Notes: generated by a model not told the origin, from the sequence alone. Counted from the stretch's first letter, positions 10,663 to 21,307 are shown. The stretch: 55,377 nt of DNA from Flavobacteriales bacterium (GCA_016788285.1 JAEUSW010000177.1:1-55377); one strand, 5' to 3'. Numbers and translations are program-made.

Positions 10663-13600
10663 TTACTCCTTGACGACCGTGGTGCGGTCCAACACCGCAC
10701 CCGACCGGTCCGACAGGGTGAGCACGTAGACCCCCAGGGGCAAGGACCCGATATGGAGGTCGGTATAGCGGTCCTCGTTCGCGATGGGCCGCCGCAGATG
10801 GGGTCTGCCGGCGGCGTCCACCAGTTCGAGCATCGCGGCGGGCGCGGTCCACACCACATGCAGGTGGTCGGAGGTCGGTCTGGGGGCCACCACCAGCCCT
10901 TGAATGACGCGGTCCCGGTCGATGGTGATAAGGGGGCTCACTTGCAGACCGCCGTCCAGGTCCTCGATGACCAGGCGGTAGTAGGCCAGCCCGGCCGGAG
11001 GGTCGACATCGGTGAACACGTACTCCACCAGGCTCTGGCTTTCGCCCACGGCCGTCACGCTGCCGATCGGTGCGAGCACATCGGGGTCGATGCCGCGTTC
11101 CAACACGAAGCGCGCGGTGCCCTGCTCGGAGGCCGTGCTCCACACCAGTTCATTGCTGCGCTCTTCGGCCCATCCGGTGAACTGCACGAGCTCCACGGGA
11201 AGGACGCCGATGTCGCCCATCCCCGACGCATACCCATAGAACCAGCGGCTGAACCGCTGGCCATCGAAGAGCTTGGCCATCTCGTACTCCACGCGTACCC
11301 GCCACTTGTAACGCAGATGCCCGGCGGTCTTGTAGATCAGCTCCTTGAACTCCGTTCCGCCGACGCCCATGTCGGTCCAGGCCGCGCTCAGGCCCGTGCC
11401 GCCCAGGCTGTTGGTGATCGGGGCGCCACTGAAGGCCTGGCCCTCGAAGACGACCTCCCACCGCAGCCTTCCGTCCGATCGATGCATCGGGCTGCGGGCG
11501 CGGTGCCCGATCCCGAAGTAGTCGGGCACACCGAAATCCATGCAGTTGGTGGCGAGCGGCGACACCAGGTCGGCCATGTACTGTCGGGAATACCGGTCGA
11601 GCGAATAGCCGCGGTTCCCGCGGTGCCAGTGCCAGCGTCCCTCGTTCGCGAAGGCGGGCGAGGCGAAGGGCGCACCGGCGAGGATCTCCGAGTAGCCATC
11701 CCCATCCGCATCGCCACCGCCGCTGACCGCGCTGCCGAGCTGCTCTCCGGCCACGTTGGTCTCGATGACATCGATCAAGGCGGCGTTGATGCCCGCTGGT
11801 GTGCCTTGGTACACGTACACGGCCCCTTCATCGGCCTGGGCCACGGCGCTCTCATAGCCGGGGCTGCCCACCACGATGTCGGCGTAGCCGTTGCCGTTGA
11901 TGTCCCCGGCCTCGGCGACGCTGGCGCCCATGAAGCCGTTGACGATGTTGCGTTGGAGCGTGGTGCTCGGGGCGGCGCCGATGCCCCCTGCCGAGCCGTG
12001 GAACACGAAGGCGGCGCCCTCATCGATCTGGCCCGATTCCCAGCGGTCAGCTCCGACAACGACATCGAAGAAACCGTCCCCGTTGATGTCGCCGCCGCCG
12101 GCCACACTGACGCCGAAGCGGGCACCGGCCTGGTCCACCTCCAGGCGTCGCGCGAACGGCAGCACCACCCCGGTGGCCGATCCGTGATAGACGAAGGCGG
12201 CCCCTTCGCCGGCCTGTCCGTTGCTCAGGTCGCGGGCGCCGATGATGATGTCCGAGAAACCGTCGCCGTTGACATCGCCGGCCGTACAGACGGAATGGCC
12301 GAACCTGTTCGCGGCCGGAGGTTCGCTGAGGACGACATGCGGTACGGTCGGAATGCCCGCGGGAGCGCCCAGATAGACGTAGGTCTGTGAGGTGCCCGGT
12401 GCACCCACCAGCACGTCGGCATAACCATCCGTGTTGATGTCGCCGGCCGCACTGACGCTGGACCCGAACTCCGAACCCGCGCTACCGATGAGCGTGGTGG
12501 TGGGCGCGGCAGCGAGCCCGCCCGGACCGCCATGATGGATGTAGGCGCGACCGGCGCCTCCGGATTGTGGCGCGCCCACGATCACGTCCGCATAGCCGTC
12601 GCCGTTGACATCCCCTGCGGTGCAGACACTGGCCCCGAAGCGTGCGCCGCCGACGTTGGCCTCCAAGGTGGAACTGGGGGCCACGGGCAGGCCGGCGGGC
12701 CCGCCGAGCCGGAATTGGACCAGCCCTTCGCCGGCCTGTCCGTTGCTTCCATCGGGGATGCCGACCAGGGCATCCGCATAGCCGTCACCGTTGACATCGC
12801 CGGCGTTGCCGACCGCGGCGCCCATGAAGGCACCGGCGGCTCCGCCCGTGGTGGTGGTCGTGGAGGCGAGACGCATGGAATAAGTGCCGCCCATGTACAC
12901 CGCCGCGCCGCCGCCGAAGCCGTACTTGAACGCGCCCACCACGAAGTCGGAGAACCCGTCCCCATTGAGATCACCGGCGGTGGACACGCATTCGCCCATG
13001 AACGCGCCTGGTGTGTTGAGCTCGTAGTTGAAGATCGCCGGCGTGGTGATCCCGGCCGAGGAGCCGAAATACAAGCGGACCTGACCCTCCTGGCTTTCGG
13101 GATTGGCGAAGTAGGGGATCCCCACGAGCAGATCGCCATAGCCGTCGCCGTTCACATCCCCGGCCGTGCTCACCCATCGCCCCATCCAGGCGTTGTTCTG
13201 ATTGCTTTCAAGCGCGATGGCGGCGGTCGTGCTGAGGCCCGCTGCACCGCCATGGAACACGCGGACCACACCTTCTCCCGTCTGCACGCCGATCTGGTCC
13301 CGGTATGCCCCGATGGCCACGTCACTGTAGCCATCACCGTTCACGTCGCCGGCGCAGGTCACGCTCCACCCGAAGTTGTTGTCATTCACCGTGGGCGTGC
13401 CGAAGAGGGTCAGGACCGGGGCGGGATTAAGTCCGGCGCCCAATCCGGTCGGCCCACCGTGATAGACGAACACGGCACCCTGGTCGAACCCGGGAGCGAC
13501 GCTCCACTGGGAGGCGCCGATGACCACATCGCTGTAGCCATCGCCATTGATATCACCCGCACAGGCCAGGCTGCGGCCGAAGTGCGCCCCGCCTTGATTG

Positions 13601-14820
13601 CGCTCCAACCGGTGCGTGGGTGCGGTGTTCAGCCCGGCGGCGCTGCCGAGGAAGATGAACACGGTCCCCTCTTGGAACGAAGGGTAGGCGCTGAGGTAGG
13701 CTCCGACGCCGACATCGCTGTACCCGTCATTGTTGATGTCCCCCAGGCAGGCCACGTTCGAACCGAAATTGTCGGCGGCCTGGTTCATCTGCAAGGTGAC
13801 GTTCGGTACCGTGGACACACCGCCCGCGGATCCGTAGAACACAAAGGCGGCTCCCTCGGAGAGCTGGTTCACCACATCATCCTCCCAGGTCCGTGCGCCC
13901 ACGATGAGGTCGCTGAACCCATCTCCATTGACATCACCGGCCGTGCTGGCGGAGCAGCCGAACTGGGCTCCTTGTTGGTTCACTTCCAGCACCACGCTCG
14001 GGGCGGCCAGGATGCCGGTATTGGAGCCATAGTGCACATAGACGACGCCTTCGTTCGTCTGGCCATTGCTGGCGAACGGCGCGCCGACGACCAGGTCGCT
14101 GTAGCCATCCCCATTGAGGTCACCGGCCGTGGCCACCGCTGTGCCGAAGTCCGCGCCGGTGACCGGTGAGGACAGCACCAAGGCGGGGCTGGAGCTCACC
14201 GGGTCGATGGTGATCGGATACACGGCGCCGGCGTCGATCACAGTGATGGAGATCCGGGTCCCCCCCGCGTGATGCACGCCGAGCTTGGCCGGAAGCGGGG
14301 TGCCGTGGGCATCCCAGCAGCGCAGGTCACGGTAGCTGAGGCGGTGTGCACCCCGATGGTCCAGGAAGTGCACCTCGCCATGGTCCACGGCCACCGGGAT
14401 CAGGTCGCCGGTGGTCAACAGGTCCACCATCAACGGGCCTGCTCCTGCGGGGCGGGTATCCAGCAGGAAGTTCTGTCGAAGCCCTTCCTGCGCGGCCACG
14501 TATTGGACCGTGTTCGGGCCATGCTGCCAGCGGAGATCACCATCCCGGTCACGCACGGCGGAAGGCTTCCATGGCCGGACCCCTTGCGCTCGGCCGATGG
14601 AACGCACCTCCAGCGCTTGCCTCCAAGATCCATCCGCGGCTTCCAAGGAGAAGCCGGCCGCCTGCACCGTTCCTGACATCCCATGGTCCGCCAGTTCGCT
14701 CGTCCAGGCCGCCTTCAGGCCGTTCCGCACCAGCCCAGGCAAGGGGGTGGAGTCCGCTGCGGACCCGGAGAGGCCCACGGCCGAAAGAACGGCGGCCATG
14801 ACGATGGGGGGGAGCCTCAC
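10663..14820 (-). CDS. Large FG-GAP (integrin-alpha-like) repeat protein with T9SS C-terminal domain; start uncertain
   Basis: About 14 AGDxNGDGxxDxxVGA repeats, an LPVELVQF linker and a terminal CTD (GVYVLTL). GTG start chosen ahead of the signal peptide. Confidence 0.88.
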   Translation of the reverse strand: MRLPPIVMAAVLSAVGLSGSAADSTPLPGLVRNGLKAAWTSELADHGMSGTVQAAGFSLEAADGSWRQALEVRSIGRAQGVRPWKPSAVRDRDGDLRWQHGPNTVQYVAAQEGLRQNFLLDTRPAGAGPLMVDLLTTGDLIPVAVDHGEVHFLDHRGAHRLSYRDLRCWDAHGTPLPAKLGVHHAGGTRISITVIDAGAVYPITIDPVSSSPALVLSSPVTGADFGTAVATAGDLNGDGYSDLVVGAPFASNGQTNEGVVYVHYGSNTGILAAPSVVLEVNQQGAQFGCSASTAGDVNGDGFSDLIVGARTWEDDVVNQLSEGAAFVFYGSAGGVSTVPNVTLQMNQAADNFGSNVACLGDINNDGYSDVGVGAYLSAYPSFQEGTVFIFLGSAAGLNTAPTHRLERNQGGAHFGRSLACAGDINGDGYSDVVIGASQWSVAPGFDQGAVFVYHGGPTGLGAGLNPAPVLTLFGTPTVNDNNFGWSVTCAGDVNGDGYSDVAIGAYRDQIGVQTGEGVVRVFHGGAAGLSTTAAIALESNQNNAWMGRWVSTAGDVNGDGYGDLLVGIPYFANPESQEGQVRLYFGSSAGITTPAIFNYELNTPGAFMGECVSTAGDLNGDGFSDFVVGAFKYGFGGGAAVYMGGTYSMRLASTTTTTGGAAGAFMGAAVGNAGDVNGDGYADALVGIPDGSNGQAGEGLVQFRLGGPAGLPVAPSSTLEANVGGARFGASVCTAGDVNGDGYADVIVGAPQSGGAGRAYIHHGGPGGLAAAPTTTLIGSAGSEFGSSVSAAGDINTDGYADVLVGAPGTSQTYVYLGAPAGIPTVPHVVLSEPPAANRFGHSVCTAGDVNGDGFSDIIIGARDLSNGQAGEGAAFVYHGSATGVVLPFARRLEVDQAGARFGVSVAGGGDINGDGFFDVVVGADRWESGQIDEGAAFVFHGSAGGIGAAPSTTLQRNIVNGFMGASVAEAGDINGNGYADIVVGSPGYESAVAQADEGAVYVYQGTPAGINAALIDVIETNVAGEQLGSAVSGGGDADGDGYSEILAGAPFASPAFANEGRWHWHRGNRGYSLDRYSRQYMADLVSPLATNCMDFGVPDYFGIGHRARSPMHRSDGRLRWEVVFEGQAFSGAPITNSLGGTGLSAAWTDMGVGGTEFKELIYKTAGHLRYKWRVRVEYEMAKLFDGQRFSRWFYGYASGMGDIGVLPVELVQFTGWAEERSNELVWSTASEQGTARFVLERGIDPDVLAPIGSVTAVGESQSLVEYVFTDVDPPAGLAYYRLVIEDLDGGLQVSPLITIDRDRVIQGLVVAPRPTSDHLHVVWTAPAAMLELVDAAGRPHLRRPIANEDRYTDLHIGSLPLGVYVLTLSDRSGAVLDRTTVVKE

Positions 14821-14908
14821 GGGAGCAAGTCGGATGTAACTGGCAAATCTACTGGAAATGAGGCGCCTTGGCAAGGTGTCCCGGGTGCTCCGGATACCTT
14901 TGGCCCTG

Positions 14909-15829
14909 ATGTGCGGTGAGCGGAAAGGCAGGTTGTGGGACATGCACGCCGGCTTGCGGTCAACAGGGCTCTGGGCCGTGTTGTTCGTGAGCGGCCCGGT
15001 CGCGGCGCAGCCGATGCCGTCGGATAGCACGGTGCTGCACCGGGGGCGTCTTGCCGCCGTATCGGCGGCCGGTGTGGCCGTCATGGCCGGGAGCCTGATC
15101 GGGCTGAACGAGGCTTGGTACGCCCAGTATGACCGTGGCCGCTTCCATGGGTTCAACGATGGGTCCGAATGGCTCCAGATGGATAAGGCCGGGCACATCT
15201 TCAGCAGCTATTGGATCGGCCGGTGGGGTCAGGGTCTGATGCGCTCGGCAGGTGTCCCACAGCGACAGGCGGCGTGGGTGGGGACCGGGACGTCGTTGGT
15301 CTTCCTGACCGGCGTGGAGGTCCTCGACGGGTTCAGCACCGGATGGGGGTTCAGCGGCTGGGACATGGTGGCCAACGCGACCGGAGCAGGCCTGTTCCTC
15401 GGACAGGAGCTGGCCTGGGGGCAGCAGCGGATCAAGGTCAAGTACAGCGCTCAGCCGAGCCCCTATGCGGCGCTCCGGCCCGATGTGCTGGGCACGTCCT
15501 TCGCCGAACAGGTGCTGAAGGACTACAATGCGCAGACCATCTGGCTCACGCTCTCCTATGGGGCCTTGCGCGAGCGGAGGTCCTCCTGGGACTGGATCGG
15601 CCTGGCGCTCGGCCATGGCGGTGACGGCATGTTGACCGCGGAGCCCGGACCTGGCGATGGTCGGTACCGCCAGGTGCTGTTGTCGCTGGACGCTGACCTG
15701 GAGCGCATCCCGGTGCGCGGAAAGGGGTGGCGTACCGTGCTGTTCCTCCTGAACTGCATCAAACTGCCCTCACCGGCGATCGAATGGCGGAGCGATGGCC
15801 GGGTGATGGTGCATGGGCTCTATTTCTGA
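14909..15829 (+). CDS. YfiM/DUF2279-like protein
   Basis: MDKAGH and EVLDGFSTGWGFSGWDMVAN motifs; TACCTTTG -7 element at 14895. Alternative start at 14942. Confidence 0.75.
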   Translation: MCGERKGRLWDMHAGLRSTGLWAVLFVSGPVAAQPMPSDSTVLHRGRLAAVSAAGVAVMAGSLIGLNEAWYAQYDRGRFHGFNDGSEWLQMDKAGHIFSSYWIGRWGQGLMRSAGVPQRQAAWVGTGTSLVFLTGVEVLDGFSTGWGFSGWDMVANATGAGLFLGQELAWGQQRIKVKYSAQPSPYAALRPDVLGTSFAEQVLKDYNAQTIWLTLSYGALRERRSSWDWIGLALGHGGDGMLTAEPGPGDGRYRQVLLSLDADLERIPVRGKGWRTVLFLLNCIKLPSPAIEWRSDGRVMVHGLYF

Positions 15830-16398
15830 GCCAGGGCGTCCCGACCTCCCTGGAGCAGCAGCACCTGCACTTTCAGCACAGCGGCCACGGTAAGGCTGTC
15901 GGTCACCTCGCCGTCCATCACCATCCGCAGCAGCTCGGCGAAGGGCACCTTGCGCAGGGCGAGCTCCTCGTCATGATCCGGCTGCGGGGTGTGGAACGTG
16001 AGGTCCTGCGCGAGGTAGATGATCGCGTGTTCATCACTGGCCGAGTTGCTCAGGTCCATCCGGAGCAATTCGCTCCACTGCCGGGCCACGATGCCGGCCT
16101 CTTCCCGGAGCTCGCGCTGGGCGCTCACGAGCGCGGGGATGTCGCGCCGGCCCCCGCCCTCGGGGATCTCCCAGCTGTATGCTTGCACCGGGTAGCGGTA
16201 CTGGCCCACGATCCAGGTGTTGAGGTCCTCGTCCAGCGGCACGATCCCGATCGCCAGGTTCTTGAAGTGCACCACGCCGTAGATGCCCGGCCGGCCTCCG
16301 GGGTCGATGACGTCGTGATGGCTCACCGAGATCCACGGGGTCTCGTAGCGAAGCTCCTCGCGAAGGGTGGTCCAGGGTCCTCGTTTCTCCATGGTCAT
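15820..16398 (-). CDS. NUDIX hydrolase (ADP-ribose pyrophosphatase-like)
   Basis: QYRYP and Nudix box WEIPEGG...AQRELREEAG. Confidence 0.9.
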   Translation of the reverse strand: MTMEKRGPWTTLREELRYETPWISVSHHDVIDPGGRPGIYGVVHFKNLAIGIVPLDEDLNTWIVGQYRYPVQAYSWEIPEGGGRRDIPALVSAQRELREEAGIVARQWSELLRMDLSNSASDEHAIIYLAQDLTFHTPQPDHDEELALRKVPFAELLRMVMDGEVTDSLTVAAVLKVQVLLLQGGRDALAQK

Positions 16399-16447
16399 GG
16401 TGGTGCGGCCAAGATACCCGCCGAGGCGCTCCACCTACCTTTGCCGC

Positions 16448-17032
16448 ATGGGCGTGGTGCTTCGGGCGGGTGACAAGGTCTCCTTCCTCGACGAGGAGGG
16501 TGGGGGGACCGTGCTGCGGGTGCTGCCGCGTGAGCGCGTGGTGGTGCGCACGCACGATGGGTTCGAACTGGAGTACCCGGTGCGGGCCCTGGTGCCTCGG
16601 GTCTTCGAGGAGCTCGAACACCGGGTGACGGACCATCAGGCCGGCATGATCGCGGCGAACGACACGCTGGAGGAGCGCAGGCGCCGGAGAGGCGCGGGAC
16701 GCGACCAGCGGCCGGGCAAGACCCCGAAACGGCCGGAGGACAACAGCGTGGCCGAGGTGGACCTGCACTTGCACGAACTGGTCGAGGACGAGACCCGGTT
16801 GAGCGATGAGGAGAAGCTGAGCTATCAGCTGGCCTATTTCGAACGGGCCCTTGAGGCCGCCATTCGGGACGGGAAGCGGAAGCTCATCGTGATCCATGGC
16901 GTGGGCGAAGGGGTGCTGCGCGAGGAAGTTCGCCGGATCCTGCAGTACTATGACACGGTGCAGTTCCATGATGCCGATCCGCGGCGGTACGGGTCGGGGG
17001 CCACGGAGGTGATCATCCACCGCCGGAGGTGA
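16448..17032 (+). CDS. Smr/MutS2 domain protein with N-terminal KOW/SH3-like domain
   Basis: GDKVSFLDEEGGG, EVDLH, IHGVGEGVLR and YGSGAT motifs. Confidence 0.88.
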   Translation: MGVVLRAGDKVSFLDEEGGGTVLRVLPRERVVVRTHDGFELEYPVRALVPRVFEELEHRVTDHQAGMIAANDTLEERRRRRGAGRDQRPGKTPKRPEDNSVAEVDLHLHELVEDETRLSDEEKLSYQLAYFERALEAAIRDGKRKLIVIHGVGEGVLREEVRRILQYYDTVQFHDADPRRYGSGATEVIIHRRR

Positions 17033-17048
17033 ACGTGTTCGTTGACAT

Positions 17049-17504
17049 CCTGTGCATCGCTTCGTCGCTGTCCGCCGCAAGGCGGAGAGAGGAAAGTCCG
17101 GGCAGTACAGGGCACCGTGCTTCCTAACGGGAAGGGGGCCTGGTGGGAACACCAGGTTCACGGAAAGTGCCACAGAAAGGGAGACCGCCACAAGGCCGCA
17201 AGGCTTGAGGCCGGTGCTTGACAAGGTCCGCCTTGGCCAGGTTCCGGCGAGGCAAGGATGAAAAGGTGAGGTAAGTGCTCACCAGTGCCGGTGGCGACAT
17301 CGGCAGCTTGGTAAACCCCACGGGCTGAAAGACCAAATAGGCCGGGGCCCGTCCGGTACGCCCCGCAAGGGGCTCCGAACGGTAAGGGCGGCCCGTCCGA
17401 TCCCGGCGGGTAGGTCGATCGAGGTCCATCGCGAGGTGGACCCTGGATAAATGACGAGGGCCCCGCTCCGGCGGGGAACAGAACCCGGCTTACAGATGCA
17501 CAGG
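17049..17504 (+). ncRNA. rnpB: RNase P RNA (bacterial type A)
   Basis: GAGGAAAGTCCGGGC, GGAAAGTGCCACAGAAA, GGTAAACCCC and ACAGAACCCGGCTTA conserved blocks; terminal P1 pairing cctgtgcatc/gatgcacagg. Confidence 0.96.
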
Positions 17505-17616
17505 CCTTTTGCAGAAGGGCCTTCACGCCACACCCGTCCGGGTGTGCGCGTGGGGCCCTTCGTGCCGTCCGCCCGCGGCACGACGCTTGCCCACCACCCG
17601 GTCTACCTTTGGCCCC

Positions 17617-18351
17617 ATGCTGCGACCGCTGCGCGCCTGCACCCTGCTGATCGTCAACGCCCTGGTCCTCGCCCCGCCACAGGTCTTCGCCCAGGAGGAG
17701 GTCACTGTCCGCGGGCGGGTCGTTGCCGAGGGTCACCAAGGCGGTTACTATGACCTCATGGTGGTGAACAAGCGCAAACGGACCGGCAGTTTCGGCAATG
17801 CCGACGGCACCTTCACGGTGCGGATGCTTCGAACCGACACGCTGCTGGTGGGCCTGGGCGGCTATGTCACCAGACCCTTCACCGTTCGCGACAGCGTGCC
17901 CAGGACGTCGTACGATGCGTTGATCGTCCTGTCGCCTTGGACCATCGTGCTGCCCGAGGCCAGTGTGCTGAGCGAGCGGACGCTCAAGCAGATCCAACAG
18001 GACATCGCGAAACTGGGCTACAAGGAATCGGATTACCGTGTGAGCAGTGTGGATGCCCTACAGAGCCCGATCACCTTCCTGTACCAGGAGTTCAGCCGGC
18101 GCGAGCGCAGCAAACGGGAGGTGGCCCGGCTGCAGAACGAGGACCGCAAGCGCGACCTGCTCAAGGAGCTGCTGCACAAGTACGTGGAGTACGACATCAT
18201 CAACCTGAGCGACGACAGCTTCGACGACTTCATCGATTTCTGTGCGGTGCCGGACGCGGTGATGCAGGGGCTCAGCCAGTACGAGTTCCTGATCTACGTG
18301 AAGAAGAAGTACGAACTGTACTCGAGCCTGGGGCCCACCCGGCGGTATTGA
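17617..18351 (+). CDS. Exported protein with carboxypeptidase-regulatory-like domain
   Basis: Signal peptide; VRGRVV...ADGTF...DTLLV..LGGY pattern; SPITFLYQEFS; -7 promoter at 17604. Confidence 0.7.
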   Translation: MLRPLRACTLLIVNALVLAPPQVFAQEEVTVRGRVVAEGHQGGYYDLMVVNKRKRTGSFGNADGTFTVRMLRTDTLLVGLGGYVTRPFTVRDSVPRTSYDALIVLSPWTIVLPEASVLSERTLKQIQQDIAKLGYKESDYRVSSVDALQSPITFLYQEFSRRERSKREVARLQNEDRKRDLLKELLHKYVEYDIINLSDDSFDDFIDFCAVPDAVMQGLSQYEFLIYVKKKYELYSSLGPTRRY

Positions 18352-18360
18352 TCCCCTGCC

Positions 18361-19305
18361 ATGGCCGTGCGTTGCCTGCTTCGCCGCGCTGTGGGGAGCA
18401 TGAGCGCGTTGCTTCTGGGGGACCTGAGCGCCCCCGCCCAACCGGACAGCCTTCCCCCGGGCATCCTCCTGGATGAGGCGGTGGTGGTGGCCCAGCGGGA
18501 CGGCTTTGATGTGCCGGCGTTCATGGCCCGTGTGCGATCCGACACCACCTATCAGGATGCGTTCCTCAACCTGCGGCGACATCCGCACCGGACGGTGGGG
18601 GAGCTGCGTGTGATGGACCCGCGGGACCGTGAACGGGCCGGTTCCTTCCGTGCGGCCCATCTGGACCGAAGCGGGGACGTGACCACGCAGGTGATCGATA
18701 GTGTGCGGGAGGAGGGGCGCCTTCGCCAGCCGGACGGCGATCATCGCTACCTCACGGCGCGGATGTTCGAGAGCCTGTTCTTTCCGGACGGACCACGACG
18801 GGTGCCGGTGGCCGTGGCGGAGTTCACCGCATCACGGGGAGGCGGCCCGCGCTTCGAACGCTACCGGGAGGACCTCAAGGCGTTCATGTTCAATCCCGGC
18901 GAAGGGCTGGATGTGCCGATCGTGGGCGACAAGCTGGCGCTCTTCGAGCCGGGGATCGCGCAGCACTACGCCATGAGCATCTGGAGCGGCGAGCGCAACG
19001 GACACGATTGCTGGGTGTTCAGCGCGGATGTTCGCCCGGAGACCCCGCGCGATGCGGTGGTCATCCGGACGATGGACACGTGGTTCGACAAGATCACCGG
19101 CCAGGTGATCGCTCGCGAGTACCGCATGTCCCATGCGGGTATCCTGCTGAGCTTCGACATCACCATGGTGGTGGACCTGTCCGTGAAGGAGGGGGTGCTG
19201 GTGCCCACGCATGTGCGCTACGACGGCGATTGGGACCTGCCGCTCCAGCGGCGGGAGCGCGTGCGGTTCTTCCTGCGCACGACGGAATGGGCGGTGTGGC
19301 GGTGA
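18361..19305 (+). CDS. Hypothetical exported protein
   Basis: Long ORF directly downstream of the previous gene, with a putative signal peptide and an LDEAVVVA motif. Confidence 0.65.
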   Translation: MAVRCLLRRAVGSMSALLLGDLSAPAQPDSLPPGILLDEAVVVAQRDGFDVPAFMARVRSDTTYQDAFLNLRRHPHRTVGELRVMDPRDRERAGSFRAAHLDRSGDVTTQVIDSVREEGRLRQPDGDHRYLTARMFESLFFPDGPRRVPVAVAEFTASRGGGPRFERYREDLKAFMFNPGEGLDVPIVGDKLALFEPGIAQHYAMSIWSGERNGHDCWVFSADVRPETPRDAVVIRTMDTWFDKITGQVIAREYRMSHAGILLSFDITMVVDLSVKEGVLVPTHVRYDGDWDLPLQRRERVRFFLRTTEWAVWR

Positions 19306-19324
19306 CGGGTGCCGGTCCCGGCGC

Positions 19325-20272
19325 TCAATGCCTGCCTTGCGCAGCCAGCCAGCGTTCGGCGTCCAGTGCGGCCATGCATCCGGTGCCGGCGCTGGTGACG
19401 GCCTGCCGGTACACCTTGTCCGCGGCATCGCCGGCCACGAACACACCGGGGACCTTGGTGCTCGTGCGGTCGGGGTCGTGCTTCAGGTAGCCGGCCTCGT
19501 CCATGTCCAGCCAGTCCTTGAAGATGTCCGTCGCGGGTTTGTGCCCGATGGCCACGAAGAGCCCCGTGACGTCGAGCCGGCGTTCCTCTCCGGTCCTGTT
19601 GTTGATGGCGAGGATGCCATCCACCGCATGTTCCCCGAGCACGTCCTTCACTTCCGTGTTGAAGAGCACCTCGATGTTGGGGGTGTTCTCCACCCGGTGC
19701 ACCATGGCCTTGGAGGCGCGGAACTTGTCGCTGCGCACCAGCATGTACACCTTGGGGCAGAGCTTGGCGAGGTAGGTGGCCTCCTCCGCGGCCGTGTCGC
19801 CGGCGCCCACGAGGGCCACGGTCTGCCCGCGGTAGAAGAAGCCGTCGCATACGGCACAGGCCGTGACACCGCCCCCCATATCACGCAGGCGCAGCTCGTT
19901 GGGCAGGCCGAGCCACTTGGCACTGGCACCAGTGCTGATGATCACCGTATCGGCATGGACCTCGTCCTTGTCATCCACCCACACCTTGTGCACCGGGCCG
20001 CTGAAGTCCACCTTGGTGACCCAGCCGTTGCGGATGCGGGTCTCGAAGCGGAGGGCCTGCTGTTTGAGGTCCTCCATCATATCGGGGCCGGTGCGTCCCT
20101 TGGGATATCCGGGGTAGTTGTCCACCTCGGTGGTCTGGGTGAGCTGCCCTCCAGGGAGGGGGCCTTCGATCACCAGCGGCTTGAGGTCGGCGCGGGCGGC
20201 ATAGATGGCCGCGCTGTATCCGGCGGGGCCTGATCCGATGATCAGGCACTTGACGTGTTCGGGGGTGGGCAT
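19325..20272 (-). CDS. trxB: Thioredoxin reductase
   Basis: IIGSGPAG, CAVCDG redox motif, GAGDTAAEEA and VFVAGD..YRQAVTSAG. Confidence 0.97.
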   Translation of the reverse strand: MPTPEHVKCLIIGSGPAGYSAAIYAARADLKPLVIEGPLPGGQLTQTTEVDNYPGYPKGRTGPDMMEDLKQQALRFETRIRNGWVTKVDFSGPVHKVWVDDKDEVHADTVIISTGASAKWLGLPNELRLRDMGGGVTACAVCDGFFYRGQTVALVGAGDTAAEEATYLAKLCPKVYMLVRSDKFRASKAMVHRVENTPNIEVLFNTEVKDVLGEHAVDGILAINNRTGEERRLDVTGLFVAIGHKPATDIFKDWLDMDEAGYLKHDPDRTSTKVPGVFVAGDAADKVYRQAVTSAGTGCMAALDAERWLAAQGRH

Positions 20273-20338
20273 GACGGGTCGGAAGGCCGCAAAGCTATGC
20301 GCGCCGGTGGGCCGGCGCGGTGACGGGCATCACGAGGC

Positions 20339-21307
20339 TCACGGGATGCAGACCAGGGTGTCGAGGTAGGCGTTCAGCCCGGCCCAGACACCGAGCCCCC
20401 CCTCGATGTTGCTGCGCACGTTGGCCGGCTGGGTGAAGAGGTCGCCCTGGGTGGCCACGTTGTTCTCGTAGCTGCGGTAGAAGTCGTAGCTGGCCTTGTC
20501 CAGGGAGATCAACTTCACGGCCACGGTATCCCCGCGCTTGAAGGTGCTGCCCCGGTCCTCGGGGTCCGAGAAGCTGCTGCTGCCGCGCGAGATGATGAAC
20601 TCGATGGCCTGGCCGTTGAAGTACTGGTCGTTGCTCGTGCTGCCCAGGGGTGCGGCGAAGGTGGCGTCCAACGCGGCCCCGTCGTCGCCGGTGTTCAGCC
20701 GGCGCGTCATCACCCGGTAGAAGTTGTTCGGAGCCGGCGGGTCGATGCTTCGGGCCCACAGGAAGCCGGTGCTGTCGTCGCCGTCACTGCCGTCCTGGTC
20801 GATGAGGCGGAACCAAAGGGAGTCCAACGGGACGGCAGGCACGATCGTCGTGGAGCTGGTCAGCGTTCTGCCCTCGGCCTCGATCCTCAGGTCGTACACC
20901 CCTCCTGCTTCTCCGAAGATGTCCTGGTTGGTGGTCGAGTAGAGGCAGATGTCGACCGTGGCGAGCAGCTGCGGGTCCAGCCCCGTGGCCTCGGCGGCCA
21001 GCAGGATCTGCTCTTCGGAGAGGATGGACGAACAGACCATGTCGAGCGTGTCCGTGACCAGGCCGTTGCTGACGATGACCAGGGCGTTCTTCACGAAGAG
21101 CCCGGCGAACGAGCTCAGGTCCGTGGGAGCGAAGTAGCTCTGGGTCCTGGTGAGGATGATGACCGGAGGCTCACCGGGTTCGATGGTGCCCTCCACCACA
21201 AGACGGGGTTCGGTCTCCGGTACGTCCACCGTGATCTCCTTCTCACAGGCGCTGAGCGCCAGGACGAGGGCCATCGGGAGCAGCAGGGGGAGGGCGCGGT
21301 TCGTCAT
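20339..21307 (-). CDS. DUF4249-like lipoprotein, partner of the TonB-dependent receptor
   Basis: Lipobox LSAC; LVVEG and C-terminal SNIEGGLGVW; abuts the stop codon of the receptor gene. Confidence 0.8.
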   Translation of the reverse strand: MTNRALPLLLPMALVLALSACEKEITVDVPETEPRLVVEGTIEPGEPPVIILTRTQSYFAPTDLSSFAGLFVKNALVIVSNGLVTDTLDMVCSSILSEEQILLAAEATGLDPQLLATVDICLYSTTNQDIFGEAGGVYDLRIEAEGRTLTSSTTIVPAVPLDSLWFRLIDQDGSDGDDSTGFLWARSIDPPAPNNFYRVMTRRLNTGDDGAALDATFAAPLGSTSNDQYFNGQAIEFIISRGSSSFSDPEDRGSTFKRGDTVAVKLISLDKASYDFYRSYENNVATQGDLFTQPANVRSNIEGGLGVWAGLNAYLDTLVCIP

